From Rebecca billardiae RCC1528 (lineage: Eukaryota; Protista; Haptophyta), in the NCBI GenBank assembly GCA_965240325.2, contig OZ251225.1, forward strand, positions 2,232,001-2,296,000: DNA of 64,000 bases. Reading direction: 5' to 3'. The notes beneath the pieces were generated by a model. It was not told the origin of the DNA and did no database searches. It saw nothing but the letters and a program-made list of their open reading frames with translations. Shown here in pieces: positions 34,693 to 46,381 of this stretch (the first letter of the stretch is position 1; each line of letters opens with the position of its first letter). The position numbers were made by a program, and so were the translations under genes.

Positions 34693-36219
34693 TTACACAG
34701 CCGGCCCGGTGGCACTGGGGCCAGTAGAGGGTTCGGACCGCCCGGAGGTTGTCTGTTCGCACCACGCGTTGCAGAAGGGCTTGTGCACCTTCCACGAGCT
34801 GCGCAGGTGCTCACGCGAGCAGAAGACCGCCACGTGGCACCGATCGCACTTCTTCAGGCCACTGCCTGTCCGTCCGCAGGCGATGCAGCACTTGGAGGCC
34901 ACCGCACGCGCTCCAGCTTCCTTGGCCAGGACTCTGCATACTTCGCCTTCGACGTTGGGGTCTAGCTCTTGGGCGCGGCGCAGCAGCCGCGCGCCCTCCT
35001 CCACATCAAGCCGCACCACGGAGATCGAGCCCTGCAGCGTCAGCATTCCCAGCAAGATGCACGCGTCTGCGCTCCCGCCATCAGCAGCCAGCCGGATCCA
35101 GCGCACTCCTTCGGGGACATTCATCCTCACGCCCTTGCCCTGCAAGTAGCGCATTGCCAGCCTGTGCTGCGCGGCTGTGTTGCCCTGCTCAGCCGCCAGC
35201 CGGTACCAGCGCACCGCCTCGCCCAAGTCTGCTGGCACGCCACGACCTTCCTCGGCCAGGACGGCCATATTGCACTGCGCTGCTGCATAGCCCTGCTCGG
35301 CCGCCAGCTGGAACCAGCGCGCTGCCTCGCCCCAATCCTGGGACACGCCCTCCCCATCTCTGTACATCACGCCCAGGTTGTGCTGCGCCTGAGCAGCACC
35401 CTGCTCGGCCGCCAGCCGGCACCAGCGCGCCGCCTCGCCCAGGTCCTGCGCCACACCCTCGCCGAACCGGTAGCGTATGCCCATATGCAACTGCGCCTCG
35501 GGAAGGCCCTGCTCGGCCGCCAGCCGGTACCAGCGCACTGCCTCGCCCCAATCCTGCCGCACGCCCAGGCCTTCCCCATAGCACGCGGCCAGATTGTACT
35601 GCGCCTGCGCAACACCCTGCTCGGCCGCCAGCCGGTAGAAGCGCACCGCCTCGTCTGACGTGTCCTGCGTCGCACCGTCGTCGGACTGAAAGTAGCGTGC
35701 GGCCAGAATTACCTGTGCTGCTGCGAAGCCCTGCTCGGCCGCCAGCCTGTACCAGCGCACTGCCTCGCTGCGATCCTGCCGCACGCCTAAGCCTTGCTCG
35801 TAGCAATCGCCCAGCCTGCACTGCCCCTGCGCATAGCCCTGCTCGGCCGCCAGCCGATACCAGCGCACCGCCTCGGCCCAATCTTGCTGTACGTCCTGGC
35901 CGCGCTCGGAACGCGCGCCCAGATTGAACTGCGCCTCGGCATTGCCCTGCTCGGCGGCCAGCTGGAACCAGTGCGTGCCTGCCTCGATGTCCACGGGCAG
36001 ACCAAGCCCACCTCTCGTGCAGATGCTGCCCATTCTTGCCTGCGCATCGGCAAAGCCGCGCTCGGCGGCGAGGGTGTACAGGCGAAGGGCTTCGCGCTTG
36101 TCCTGCGCGATGCCATCGCCTGCCTCAGCCCGCTGGGCCAGAAGGAACGTCGCACGCGCGTCGCCACGCCCCGACTTGCGCCGGAGGAGCCCGACCGCCG
36201 CGGAAGCGTCCGCCGCCAT
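34693..36219 (-). CDS. Sel1-like repeat protein with a C-terminal MYND zinc finger
   Basis: About 10 Sel1 repeats (EAVRWYRLAAEQGxAxAQxxLG). C-terminal CIAC...CDRC..FCSREH..W..HK..C. Confidence 0.9.
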   Translation of the reverse strand: MAADASAAVGLLRRKSGRGDARATFLLAQRAEAGDGIAQDKREALRLYTLAAERGFADAQARMGSICTRGGLGLPVDIEAGTHWFQLAAEQGNAEAQFNLGARSERGQDVQQDWAEAVRWYRLAAEQGYAQGQCRLGDCYEQGLGVRQDRSEAVRWYRLAAEQGFAAAQVILAARYFQSDDGATQDTSDEAVRFYRLAAEQGVAQAQYNLAACYGEGLGVRQDWGEAVRWYRLAAEQGLPEAQLHMGIRYRFGEGVAQDLGEAARWCRLAAEQGAAQAQHNLGVMYRDGEGVSQDWGEAARWFQLAAEQGYAAAQCNMAVLAEEGRGVPADLGEAVRWYRLAAEQGNTAAQHRLAMRYLQGKGVRMNVPEGVRWIRLAADGGSADACILLGMLTLQGSISVVRLDVEEGARLLRRAQELDPNVEGEVCRVLAKEAGARAVASKCCIACGRTGSGLKKCDRCHVAVFCSREHLRSSWKVHKPFCNAWCEQTTSGRSEPSTGPSATGPAV

Positions 36220-36463
36220 GAGCGATCACGGAGCGGGGCGCGCGCTTGTGCACCCGAGCTCCTGCGCGCGAACTGAGAAAGCGTCGCGCAGCTTCTTGAC
36301 GACGACGACGGCGAAGGGGTTTGCGTCCGGACATCCGGTGAGCGCGTCCGTCGTCCGGACGCAATGCCGGACGCGTGCATGTTCCGGGGTCGTACGTAGG
36401 ATTTATTCCAGCAGCATGGCCGGTGATCACGTCGATCACGTCGCGCGTCGGCTGCGCGATCGC

Positions 36464-38566
36464 ATGCCTGCACGGCTGCGCGTGCAGGCATGCGACGCGC
36501 TAGCGGCTCACTGCACGATGCATGCGCGCGTGGTTCTCGCCGTCGACATGGCGTGGACGAGCACGCGCAGCGTGCTGTCCGCCGCCATCGCCGCGATGGG
36601 GCTGCCGCGCGCACGTGCAGAGCGCGCGGTGATCACGATCGCTGGCGGCTTTGTCGTGGGCTCCGAGCAGCCGCTGTCGGTGCTGCGCGACGACGAGCTC
36701 CTCCTCATCAGCGTGGTGCCCGATGGCACGCCGCCGGGCGAAGCCGATGCTCCCGAGAGCGCCGCCGCGCGCAAGAGGCGGAAGCGCAGGCTGAAGCACG
36801 CAGTCGCGGATGCACCGGCGGCCGATGTTGACGCTCAGACGGGGCACGAGCCCGGCGCGGCGGTGGAGTGCACAGCGGCCGCTGCATCCGCGAAGGCACC
36901 CAGGCTCGCCAACGAGTCCAGGCGGCCGCGCGGACGCGGCGGGGTCGAGACGGCCGACGCCGTCCCCACCGCCGCGCGCTCACCAGCCTCAGAGGTCGGC
37001 GCCGCGCCTCCAGATGCACCGGCCCCGCGGCACGTGGCGCCTGCTGCGCAACGCCCGCCTGCGCCGCCCAGCGCGCCGCGGCACGTGCGCTTTGGGGACG
37101 ACGACGAGGAGGAGGGCGACGCTATGGCTGGCGTGGACGTGCCCGCCGCCGCGCGTCCCTCCGCTTCGGCCGTGGCCAACGGCACAAGCGGGGATGGCGG
37201 CAACCCTAACAAGGCGCCAGGCGACTGCCGCGCTGTCTCGGGCGCAACGCAGCGCGGCGGTGGCACCGGCGGCACTCCTGGGCTTGGCGGCGGCGTTGGA
37301 CGCGGCGGAGGCGGTGCCAAGGGTGGTGAGCCGAGGGCGCGGGCGGGCGAGCAGCAGACCGCCACGCTCCATGCGCACACGCCGACCCAGCAGCACGCGC
37401 CGCAGCCACCGCGGCTTGTCACCCCACCGGCCCCGCTTGGAGGCGCGCGGGCTGGTGCCATGGGCCGCGGGGCGCTGGCGAGCCGGCTGCTCGGGAGCCA
37501 CGGGCCGTGCCGGTCGGACGGCGGCGCGGCTGAGCCCGCGCGCACGCCGCCGCCGCCGCCGCCGCCCGAGCCGCACGCCGCGCCGCCGCAGCACGCCGCC
37601 CCGGACTACGACCTCCTCCCAGCCCTCAACCGCCCGCCAGATCTCGGCGACGAGATTGCGTTCCGGGCGGCGGTCGCCATGGTGGGTCAGCCGAGCGGCG
37701 CGGCGGTGCCGGCGCTGCCGACGCTCTCGGCGTGGAAGTGCGCGCGGGTGGTGCACGTGCGCGACGGCCGGCTCACGCTGCGCGGGCGGAGGCGTGCGCT
37801 GCTCGAGCTGCAGGCGGGCTCCGAGCTCGAGAGCGACACCGGCCCTGAGCCCGACGCCGGAGGGGACGACGAGCAGCCGCCGGTGGCAGCCGGGGTGCAC
37901 GGGGCGGCGGGCGGGCGCGGCTGGGCGGGTGTGGATGCGCTGCGCGGTGGCGCGACAGCGCAGCCACGCCTCGCTCCGCTCTGGCCGGACGAGGAGCACG
38001 ACGTGGAGATGCTCGCTGAGGTGTACGCCCACGACCTGTACAGCGTGCGCTTGCTGCGGCCGGGCGAGCAGCAGCAGCAGCAGACGCAGCAGCAGACGCA
38101 GCAGACGCAGCAGACGCAGGCTGTGTCGCACGCGGCGGCCAGCGAGGGCGCGGAGAGCGTGCCAGCGCAGCCCGCCCAGTGCTCCGCCGCGCCCGCCCCG
38201 CCCAGCCCGGCCGCGCCTGTGCCGAGCCTACCCGCCGCTCGCCCCCGGTACGACAAGGCCGCGTCGATCCGGAATCAGGTCGAATATTACTTCTCCGACG
38301 CCAACCTCGCTCAGGACGAGTTCATGATCGAGCAGGTGCGCGCGCACGCGGGCGGCTTCGTGCCGCTCGCGGTGCTGCGCACGTTCCGCCGCATCGAGCG
38401 GATGGGCCTCGGCGTTGACGAGCTCGGGGCCGCGCTGCGCGGATCCTTGGCTCTCGAGCTCGATGAGGATGGCAGCGCCGTCCGACGGCGCTCGGATGGG
38501 GAGGACGCAGCCGCCGCAGTGGCTGCCAGCGCGGGTGGCATGGGAGACGGCGCGGCCGCCCACTGA
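36464..38566 (+). CDS. Coilin-like protein with a C-terminal La motif
   Basis: N-terminal RLRV...GGFVV...SVLRDDELL (coilin N-domain-like), basic NLS RKRRKRR, RHVRF, DYDLLPALNRPPDLGDEIAFR (coilin Tudor-like start), then IRNQVEYYFSDANLAQDEF...GFVPL..LRTFRRI (La motif). Start at 36416 or 36464. Confidence 0.75.
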   Translation: MPARLRVQACDALAAHCTMHARVVLAVDMAWTSTRSVLSAAIAAMGLPRARAERAVITIAGGFVVGSEQPLSVLRDDELLLISVVPDGTPPGEADAPESAAARKRRKRRLKHAVADAPAADVDAQTGHEPGAAVECTAAAASAKAPRLANESRRPRGRGGVETADAVPTAARSPASEVGAAPPDAPAPRHVAPAAQRPPAPPSAPRHVRFGDDDEEEGDAMAGVDVPAAARPSASAVANGTSGDGGNPNKAPGDCRAVSGATQRGGGTGGTPGLGGGVGRGGGGAKGGEPRARAGEQQTATLHAHTPTQQHAPQPPRLVTPPAPLGGARAGAMGRGALASRLLGSHGPCRSDGGAAEPARTPPPPPPPEPHAAPPQHAAPDYDLLPALNRPPDLGDEIAFRAAVAMVGQPSGAAVPALPTLSAWKCARVVHVRDGRLTLRGRRRALLELQAGSELESDTGPEPDAGGDDEQPPVAAGVHGAAGGRGWAGVDALRGGATAQPRLAPLWPDEEHDVEMLAEVYAHDLYSVRLLRPGEQQQQQTQQQTQQTQQTQAVSHAAASEGAESVPAQPAQCSAAPAPPSPAAPVPSLPAARPRYDKAASIRNQVEYYFSDANLAQDEFMIEQVRAHAGGFVPLAVLRTFRRIERMGLGVDELGAALRGSLALELDEDGSAVRRRSDGEDAAAAVAASAGGMGDGAAAH

Positions 38567-38937
38567 GGCCCCGGCTGTGGCCCGGACGTCCACAGATGAA
38601 CCCGGGTGCGGTGCGAAAGCTAACTCCTTACGCGCGCCATGAATGACGCTGAGCGTCATCCTGGCAACGTGGCTGTGGCAGCCTCCATAGTATTCCTCGC
38701 ACGGTTACTGCTCTGTGTCTCGTCTGAGATCACTACGCGGCGTGCTAGCTGTTGACCAGCATCCCGCGGGTCGACTCAGCATACCATTCAGGCGGGCATT
38801 GCCGGGTTGCACCCGGCAATGCTGCATTCACCCCGGTCCTACCGGAATGCAGGGCTCGCCCCGCTGGCCTACAGCTCTGTGACCGTCAGCGCCGCGCGCC
38901 ACATACCAGGCCACCACGACTTCATCAATACTGCTGC

Positions 38938-39285
38938 ACGCATGATGGTACCAGTAGTGACAGAGTACTGGCGGTACCGTGCTGCTCGCATGGTATGGTA
39001 CTGCTGCGCGCATGGTATGGTACTGCTGCGTGCATGATGGTATGGTACTGCTGCGCGCATGGTATGGTACTGCTGTGCGCATGGTAGTATGGTACTCTGC
39101 TGCACGCATGATCAGGAGTATGTACTGCTGCTGCGCGCATGGTATGGTACTGCCGCGTGCATGGTATGGTACTGCTGCACGCATGATGGTATGGTACTGG
39201 CGGTACTGCTGCGCGCATGGTATGGCACTGCTGTGCGCATGGTATGGTACTGCTGCGTGCATGGTATGCCGTACTGCTGCACGCA
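38938..39285. repeat. Minisatellite of a ~22-26 bp unit GCATGGTATGGTACTGCTGC
   Basis: About 13 degenerate tandem copies, followed by three GCAGGTGGTGGGAG motifs at ~39295-39365. Confidence 0.9.
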
Positions 39286-39863
39286 AGACTACAAGCGCGC
39301 AGGTGGTGGGAGCCGCAAGCAGAAGCAAGCGCGCAGGTGGTGGGAGTGCTCGCAGGTGGTGGGAGAAGCAAGAAGCAGCAGCTCGAAGCAGCAGGCACTC
39401 CGATGCGGCACCTCCCGAAGCTGCTGCATCCTTCTGACCGCCCGCGGTTTGCGGACCGGAAGCGTCCGCGACTGCGAGCCGCACGCGCACGCGGTGCGCG
39501 CAGCGGTCATGGCGCTGGGTCCGGCGAGCAGCCGGGGTGAGGTTCAGGTACGAGGGGCACACACTATTCCGCATGCGCCTTGGCACCGACCACGCGCCGC
39601 ATCCACTGGGAGATCTGCGGCCGCAAGAAGCGCGCGCCTTGGCGAGGGCGAAGCATCGTAGACCCGCCTGCGCGCAGTGCTTCCGCACCGCCGGCCGGGG
39701 CGGTCCGGCACTGCTTGCTTGGTGTTTGTCCGGCTTCCTCAGCATCATGACATCATCACAGTCCTCACTCCTTCACCGATCACTGTGCACCGATCTCTTG
39801 AAGGGAGCGAGCAACGGCGGAGGACGAAGCTGAAGCAGTGTGCTCTTGCCGAACCGCGTGGTC

Positions 39864-41680
39864 GGCACACACTGGCACACACTGGCACACACTGGCACAC
39901 ACTGGCACACACTGGCACACACTGGCACACACTGGCACACACTGGCACACACTGGCACACACTGGCACACACTGGCACACACTGGCACACACTGGCACAC
40001 ACCGGCACACACTGGCACACACTGGCACACACTGGCACACACTGGCACACACTGGCACACACTGGCACACACTGGCACACACTGGCACACACTGGCACAC
40101 ACTGGCACACACTGGCACACACTGGCACACACTGGCACACACTGGCACACACTGGCACACACTGGCACACACTGGCACACACTGGCACACACTGGCACAC
40201 ACTGGCACACACTGGCACACACTGGCACACACTGGCACACTGGCGAAAGCGAGCCTCCCCAAGGGTGGTTGCTCAGGGTCGCCGACTCCAGCGGAGTCCG
40301 GCGCCGGAACTTCACCTCCGATTTTTTGCGGCGGCGCGGCGTGCGGGGCCGCCGCCGCTGTGGCGGGCCGCTCGGGGCGTGCACGGCGTGGGCTCGTGCG
40401 GCCGCTGCCGCGCACGCCGAGCGATCCGGCGCGGGCTCGCGGCTTGTCGATGGCCTCGCGCGCCGCAGCGCGGCGCGCGCCTTGCCTAGCTTCGCCTGTC
40501 TCGCGCCTTGGCCGCCGTGCACGCGTGCGCCGCCAAACCGCAAGCTCGGCATAGCTCTCAGCCGAGCGTGCACGTGCCTTGCGCGACGCGACGCGGGCAT
40601 TGCCGGCGGGTGATGTAGCCGTAGTGCGAGCGCGCGTCGTGAAGCCTCGACGCGGATCGTGAGTGTCTTCAACGTCTCGGTCAGCTGTCGACAACAGCTG
40701 ACGGCACCAACCACCAATGGACACCACGGTCCGCTCCGTTGAACGACTCTCAGGGCTATCGCGACGCTGCAACTCGTGAAGACTAGTCGAGCGTTGTTGT
40801 CAAGAAACACACGCCACTATGTCATGCGTGCGGGCCTTGCGTGACGATGCGACATGACGATCGCCCCGGCAAGAGAGTCAGTCGTCAAGCTTTGAGCACT
40901 GCTCAACGCACAGATGGTCCACGCGCGTACGCGGCATCGTCTCATTGCTCTCGATCCGCGCCGAGGCTTCACGACGCGCGCTCGCACTACGGCTACATCG
41001 CCCGCTGGCAATGCCCGCGTCGCGTCGCGCAAGGCACGTGCACGCTCGGCTGAGAGCTATGCCGAGCTTGCGGTTTGGCGGCGCACGCGTGCACGGCGGC
41101 CAAGGCGCGAGACAGGCGAAGCTAGGCAAGGCGCGCGCCGCGCTGCGGCGCGCGAGGCCATCGACAAGCCGCGAGCCCGCGCCGGATCGCTCGGCGTGCG
41201 CGGCAGCGGCCGCACGAGCCCACGCCGTGCACGCCCCGAGCGGCCCGCCACAGCGGCGGCGGCCCCGCACGCCGCGCCGCCGCAAAAAATCGGAGGTGAA
41301 GTTCCGGCGCCGGACTCCGCTGGAGTCGGCGACCCTGAGCAACCACCCTTGGGGAGGCTCGCTTTCGCCAGTGTGCCAGTGTGTGCCAGTGTGTGCCAGT
41401 GTGTGCCAGTGTGTGCCAGTGTGTGCCAGTGTGTGCCAGTGTGTGCCAGTGTGTGCCAGTGTGTGCCAGTGTGTGCCAGTGTGTGCCAGTGTGTGCCAGT
41501 GTGTGCCAGTGTGTGCCAGTGTGTGCCAGTGTGTGCCAGTGTGTGCCAGTGTGTGCCAGTGTGTGCCAGTGTGTGCCAGTGTGTGCCAGTGTGTGCCAGT
41601 GTGTGCCAGTGTGTGCCAGTGTGTGCCAGTGTGTGCCAGTGTGTGCCAGTGTGTGCCAGTGTGTGCCAGTGTGTGCCAGT

Positions 41681-41684
<4 letters not shown>
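39864..41684. mobile_element. Foldback-like element: (ACTGGCACAC)n - 419 bp arm - 292 bp spacer - inverted 419 bp arm - (GTGTGCCAGT)n
   Basis: Arms 40241-40659 and 40952-41370 are near-perfect reverse complements with a few transitions. The outer 10-mer arrays 39864-40240 and 41371-41684 are also inverted relative to each other. Confidence 0.75.
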
Positions 41685-41808
<124 letters not shown>

Positions 41809-42261
41809 GGGGAGTCGACTGCTGACAGATTGCACGAAAAACCGTTGGCCCCAATTGGGATCTGACTAAACTGTATTCCTCGGGATACCTATTGGAAGGC
41901 CATCAACTTTGTAAGAATCACCGGACTTCGCGTGTCCTACCGGAAAACTCGCTCCGCTCGCATGCTTGTTCTGACAGAACAACCAATGCGAGCGGGGCTC
42001 GCGATCAGTGACGACACTGCGCGCTGCTGATCGAGGATCACTCACTCATCACTGATCCGATCAGATTACTGTGCCGCCATAGTCCGCCGGCCGCCATATA
42101 TACTACGAGTGACGCGACACGCTGCGCGCGCATCAGAAATCGATGATGATCCCCGCGAGTAGCTAGGCGGCAAGTAGCCGCCCCCCCCGACCCACCCCCC
42201 CACGCCCGTGGCCGTGGGCGTGAGCCCGGCTTACGCGGCTCATGACCTACTTGGAGTCGTA

Positions 42262-44290
42262 TATGACCGCGTTCCGCGGTCCTTCCGTAGAACCAACGTA
42301 GTTAGGGGCCCGCGGTGCACCCTCCGTCGGCTGCTGTCTCAGTCTGGTCAACATGGCGGGCCGATGAGGACTGTCGCCGCGGGCCGCGCGAAGAAAGAAG
42401 CGGCCCGGCCGGGGGCGGCGCGCGCGCGTCAGGGCGAGCGAGAACTCCGAGACTGGCGCCGCGCGGCGCGGGCCGGCGCGTGCGGGCGTGCGGGCGCACC
42501 TGCCGTGAGGTGCTCGCGCTGCGCCATGCGCTCGACGACGGGCCGCTGGTCGCTCAGCCGGCGCGCCTCGTGCCGGCAGAGCGAGAGCGCGCACCACTGC
42601 TGGCCGCACCCCCAGCCTGCGCTCACGGCGCTGCGCAGCCGCGCACCGAGAGGCGAGACCGAGCGGAGCTCGGGGTGGAAAGAGGCGAGCGGCGGGTCGC
42701 GCCTGCCGCCGCGCGTGCGCGCCTGCTCCACCGCGCCACCGTGCTCGCCCGCCGCCTCCTCCGCCGCGTCGGCCTCGAAGCCACGGCGGCGGCCAGCCAG
42801 CCTCCGACCGAGGCCGGAGGCGGAGCCCGTGCGTGGTCACTCACCCGGCGCGGTGGCGCCCTCGAGTCGACGGCCCTCTACTCCACAGCTGGCTGCTCGA
42901 GCTGCTGCACGGGGCGTCGTGACGAGGGCGCCGCGCGCGCCCAGCGCGTCCGTCGCCGCGTCGCGCAGCGCGTCGAGCTCGGCGCCGCACTTCGCCAGCT
43001 CGGCGCCCAGCGCCTCCGCCGTCCGCGCGCACGTGCTCATTCGATTGTCGTCATCGCGCTCGTCGGCTCCGTGGCGAGCCCGCGGGGCGGACGAGCGGAC
43101 TGCTGCGCGCCGCAGCAGGAGCAGCGCGCGGCGCGCAGCGCTCCGCGCGCAGCAGGGCCGTCTCCTCATCCACCGAGTGCACGGCCTGCGCGGCGGCGAC
43201 GGCGGCGCGCGCCGCCGGGGGGACGCACGCGCCGCGGGCCGAGATTAGTCCGGCCGCCGAGCCGCGGTGGCGGCGTCGGCGTGCGCGCCGGGCGAGGTGG
43301 GCGAGCTCACGCGGCCCGGGCTCAGCACGCCCGTGCACAGCGCCGGCCGCGGTGGCGAGCGCGCACCGCTCGGCCGCGGTGGCAACCGGCTGAGCGGTTG
43401 TTTGAAGCCGCAACCGGTCAGCGACGTCTCCGATGACTCGGCCCGATGATTGTGGTCCTCCTTCGCCCACGGGTGCTTTGTCGACCATCCGCTGGAGGCG
43501 CGCCAACGTCGGTACGGACAGCGCCTGCTTGAGCGTCGTGATGTGCATCAGCTCGAGCCGGCCGCCAATAAGATAGATGGGCCCGCCGACGGCGATGATA
43601 TGTGCGCGCGCTTGCCGCTGGGCACCTCCTCCAAGGGCCGTCCTCCTCGTCGCGAGACGCTGGCGGGCGGGTAACCCGTCTTTCTTTCATTATATGGCAC
43701 AGGAGGTTCATCCATCGAGGCAGACGGGTAACTTGGTTTAACAAGCGCCATTCAAAAAAAACAATCCCTTCATTATGACACAGGAGGTTCATCCATCGAG
43801 GCAGGCGCCCGGGTAACTTGGTTGGACAAGCGCGATTGAAAAGAATCTCTTTTAATATGACGAGGCGGTTCATCCATCGAGACAGGCGGGTAACGTATTC
43901 GAACAAACACTATTCAAAAGAATAATCCAGGGCCTCATCATAGCTGTTTTCGACCCAAAACAATCAAACGTCGCTGGGCAAACTCGTACTTCAGCATACA
44001 AGAGGGATAGGAATACTCACTTGTTTCACCCCCGGGGTATCTGATCCCACGTCCGTCCATCGACATACGGCGAATTGGCGGGCGCGCTTATTTCGTCAAT
44101 CGCGTCTTGCGGATAGACAGCAATGTAGTACGGTGTACCCCTCGAAAAAGCGAAAATTCACTACCCTCCAACAGCCCTCAAAATCGTCCCCAGTCCCCTT
44201 TTCTTTGATCAAAAGATCTTTTTGACAACGTAGTGATGAGGGCCCCCGGCGGGGCTCCACGCTACGCGCTCCGCCCTGCACCGCGGGCCA
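42262..44290 (-). mobile_element. Non-autonomous Helentron/Helitron2-like element, copy 3
   Basis: The first ~70 bp are identical to copy 1. ~43670-44290 is homologous to 10070-10701. The interior differs from copy 1. Confidence 0.75.
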
Positions 44291-44351
44291 TCATTGGAGG
44301 AGCTAGATCGAGTCGTCTGAGTTCAAAGAGTCAAAGACCGAAAGACGACGA

Positions 44352-44586
44352 GTATGTATGTATGTATGTATGAATGAATATGTATCATGTATGTATGTAT
44401 GCGTATGTATGTATGAGTAAGTGTATGTATGTATGCCTATGTATGTATACGTATGTATGCCTATGTATGTATGTATGTATGTATGTATGTATGTATGTAT
44501 GTATGTATGTATGTATGTATGTATGTATGTATGTATGTATGTATGTATGTATGTATATAGATATAGATATAGATATAGATATAGAT
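44352..44586. repeat. (TATG)n plus (GATATA)n microsatellite
   Basis: Directly visible. Confidence 0.96.
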
Positions 44587-44674
44587 CGACGACTCAGTTA
44601 CCGTCGTAACTAAGCTACAGCAGCGCATCATCAGCGCATGGCATCAGCCAGCGCATCATCGTCATGCATCCGAA

Positions 44675-46264
44675 TTAATCATCGTCGGACGAGAATGACA
44701 GATCGGATGCCATCACCGTCCAATGGTCAGACCCATCTTCACTGTCACCGTGTGGCGGCGCTCGGCAATCCGCCCCGTTGCCTCCCTCGACTGTCCCGAC
44801 CAGCGGCGGCGGTGGTTGGGGCAGCTGCGGGGCGGCGTCCAGGACAGTGACGAGGTGGCTGGTGGGTTTGTGCCGTCGCTTCGCTGCGCGCGTGCCCTGG
44901 TCGCCGATGTCATGCTCCAGTCTGCGCTTGGGGACGGCGAGCCGAGTGTTAACCATGCCGGCCAGCTTGTGCGTACCGCACCGGCTGGCGCGCGCGTCGC
45001 CCGGCATGCCGAAGGAAGGCATCTTGGTGCAGCCCGCGTGACCACACTTGGGGTGCTTCACGTCGACCATGCCGGCCAACTTGTGCGTAGCGCACCGGCT
45101 GGCGCGCGCGTCGCCCGGCATGCTGAAGGAAGGCACCTTGGTGCAGCCCGCGTGATCACACTTGGGGCTCTTCACGTCGACCATGCCGGCCAGCTTGTGC
45201 GTACCGCACCGGCTGGCGCGCCGCTCGCCCGGCATGCCGAAGTTAGGCCCCTTGGTGCAGCCGGCGTGACCACACTTGGGGCTCTTCACGTCGACCATGC
45301 CGGCCAGCTTGTGCGTAGCGCACCGGCTGGCGCGCGCGTCGCCCGGCATGCCGAAGTGAGGCTGCTTGGTGCAGCCCACGTGATCACACTTGCGGCTGCT
45401 CACGTTGACCATGCCGGCCAGCTTGTGCGTAGCGCACCGGCTGGCGCGCGCGTCGCCCGGCATGCCGAAGGAAGGCATCTTGGTGCAGCCGGTGTGATCA
45501 CACTTGCGGCTGCTCACGTCGACCATGCCGGCCAGCTTGTGCGTACCGCACCGGCTGGCGCGCGCGTCGCCCGGCATGCCAAAGGAAGGCATCTTGGTGC
45601 AGCCCGCGTGACCACACTTGGGGTGCTTCACGTCGACCATGCCGGCCAGCTTGTGCGTAGCGCACCGGCTGGCGCGCGCGTCGCCCGGCATGCCGAACGA
45701 AGGCCGCGTGGTGCAGCCCACGTGATCACACTTGCGGCTGCTCACGTGGACCATGCCGGCCAGCTTGTGCGTAGCGCACCGGGTGGCGCGCCGCTCGCCC
45801 GGCATGCCGAAGTTAGGCTGCTTGGTGCAGCCCGCGTGATCACACTTGGGGCTCTTCACGTTGACCATGCCGGCCAGCTTGTGCGTAGCGCACCGGCTGG
45901 CGCGCCGCTCGCCCGGCATGCCGAAGTTAGGCTGCTTGGTGCAGCCCGCGTGATCACACTTGGGGCTCTTCACGTTGACCATGCCGGCCAGCTTGTGCGT
46001 AGCGCACCAGCTGGCGCGCCGCTCGCCCGGCATGCCGAAGGAAGGCATCTTGGTGCAGCCGGTGTGACCACACTTGGGGTTCCTCACGTCGACCATGCCG
46101 GCCAGCTTGTGCGTAGCGCACCAGTTGGCGCGCGCGTCGCCCGGCATGCCGAAGGAAGGCACCTTGGTGCAGCCGGTGTGATCACACTTGGGGCTCTTCA
46201 CGTCGACCATGCCGGCCAGCTTGTGCGCAGCGAACCGGCTGGCGCGCGCGTCGCCCGGCAGCAC
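44675..46264 (-). CDS. EsV-1-7-like cysteine-rich repeat protein (11.5 x 38 aa); 5' end uncertain
   Basis: 114 bp repeats encoding C-x4-C-TKxPxFGMPG..A..C..HKLAGMVxV. C-terminal PKRR...KRRHK bipartite NLS-like stretch. The first in-frame ATG is at 46210. Confidence 0.82.
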   Translation of the reverse strand: MLPGDARASRFAAHKLAGMVDVKSPKCDHTGCTKVPSFGMPGDARANWCATHKLAGMVDVRNPKCGHTGCTKMPSFGMPGERRASWCATHKLAGMVNVKSPKCDHAGCTKQPNFGMPGERRASRCATHKLAGMVNVKSPKCDHAGCTKQPNFGMPGERRATRCATHKLAGMVHVSSRKCDHVGCTTRPSFGMPGDARASRCATHKLAGMVDVKHPKCGHAGCTKMPSFGMPGDARASRCGTHKLAGMVDVSSRKCDHTGCTKMPSFGMPGDARASRCATHKLAGMVNVSSRKCDHVGCTKQPHFGMPGDARASRCATHKLAGMVDVKSPKCGHAGCTKGPNFGMPGERRASRCGTHKLAGMVDVKSPKCDHAGCTKVPSFSMPGDARASRCATHKLAGMVDVKHPKCGHAGCTKMPSFGMPGDARASRCGTHKLAGMVNTRLAVPKRRLEHDIGDQGTRAAKRRHKPTSHLVTVLDAAPQLPQPPPPLVGTVEGGNGADCRAPPHGDSEDGSDHWTVMASDLSFSSDDD

Positions 46265-46381
46265 CCAGGACGGGCGCGCCTGGTGACGAGCTGCGGAGAG
46301 GGCTTACCGCACACGTGCGTCCGCCCGGCCCGCGCCAGTCCACCGATCCACGCCGCCCTCTGTTTCCGAGGAGACCTGCGC

